Shown one piece after another: positions 38,694 through 38,873 of a stretch of DNA of 38,873 bases (position 1 is its first letter; each line of letters begins with the position of its first letter). Both the position numbers and the translations under genes were made by a program. Below the pieces are notes generated by a model. That model saw only the letters and a list, made by a program, of their open reading frames with translations, ran no database searches and was not told where the DNA came from. Origin of the DNA: a bacterium. Lineage in GTDB: Bacteria; Patescibacteriota; Microgenomatia; UBA1400; PJMF01. The stretch is from assembly GCA_900299405.1 (NCBI GenBank), contig OMJP01000010.1, positions 1 to 38,873 on the forward strand. Reading direction: 5' to 3'.

Positions 38694-38873
38694 TTATTGT
38701 TCAAATTGCCAATTAGCGGCACTTACGGATATTGGAACTAATATGTCGCCTTTCAAATCACTTCCTTTTCTTGTTTGGTTAAATAGTTCTATGTCATCTT
38801 CAGAATACAGGCTTAATATAATTTCATCATTGTTTCCTTGAGGTTGGACATTGGCGTTTATTGCATTGGGTAA
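38694..38873 (-). CDS. Partial hypothetical protein (3' end only), AT-rich
   Basis: Open frame from the window edge, ...LPNAINANVQPQGNNDEIILSLYSEDDIELFNQTRKGSDLKGDILVPISVSAANWQFEQ*, stopping 11 nt before the next ATG. Confidence 0.6.
   Translation of the reverse strand, partial: LPNAINANVQPQGNNDEIILSLYSEDDIELFNQTRKGSDLKGDILVPISVSAANWQFEQ

Overview
Chromosomal segment of a small-genome bacterium. Gene content and protein style point to Patescibacteria/CPR, probably Microgenomates (inference); TGA acts as a stop codon. Left part (1-17.2 kb): tRNA-Ala(CGC), GNAT, M24 peptidase, dnaB, tRNA-Leu(CAA), an Lgt-like protein, RluA/D, a PRTase-dcd-glyA-nfo-NUDIX-folD block, rpsB-tsf and yebC. Centre (17.9-20.9 kb): about 2 kb of non-coding DNA around one Xer-family tyrosine recombinase. 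It contains a near-palindromic 11-6-11 dif-like site (ACGTCGCACAA-TATAAC-TTTTACGACGT, 18584-18611), where purine/pyrimidine bias and TAGG/CCTA polarity flip. This is the best candidate for an undescribed system: a single-recombinase chromosome-terminus module next to tRNA-Ala(GGC) and gyrB-ppaC-gyrA. Right part (27.5-38.9 kb): a type IV pilus locus (pilB, pilT, pilC, major pilin, pilD, a PKD protein, five more pilin-like genes), a small membrane-protein pair, and a large secreted protein whose Cys-rich N-terminal half differs in composition from its C-terminal half. Many genes look leaderless. All calls come from reading motifs by eye; no database searches were run.
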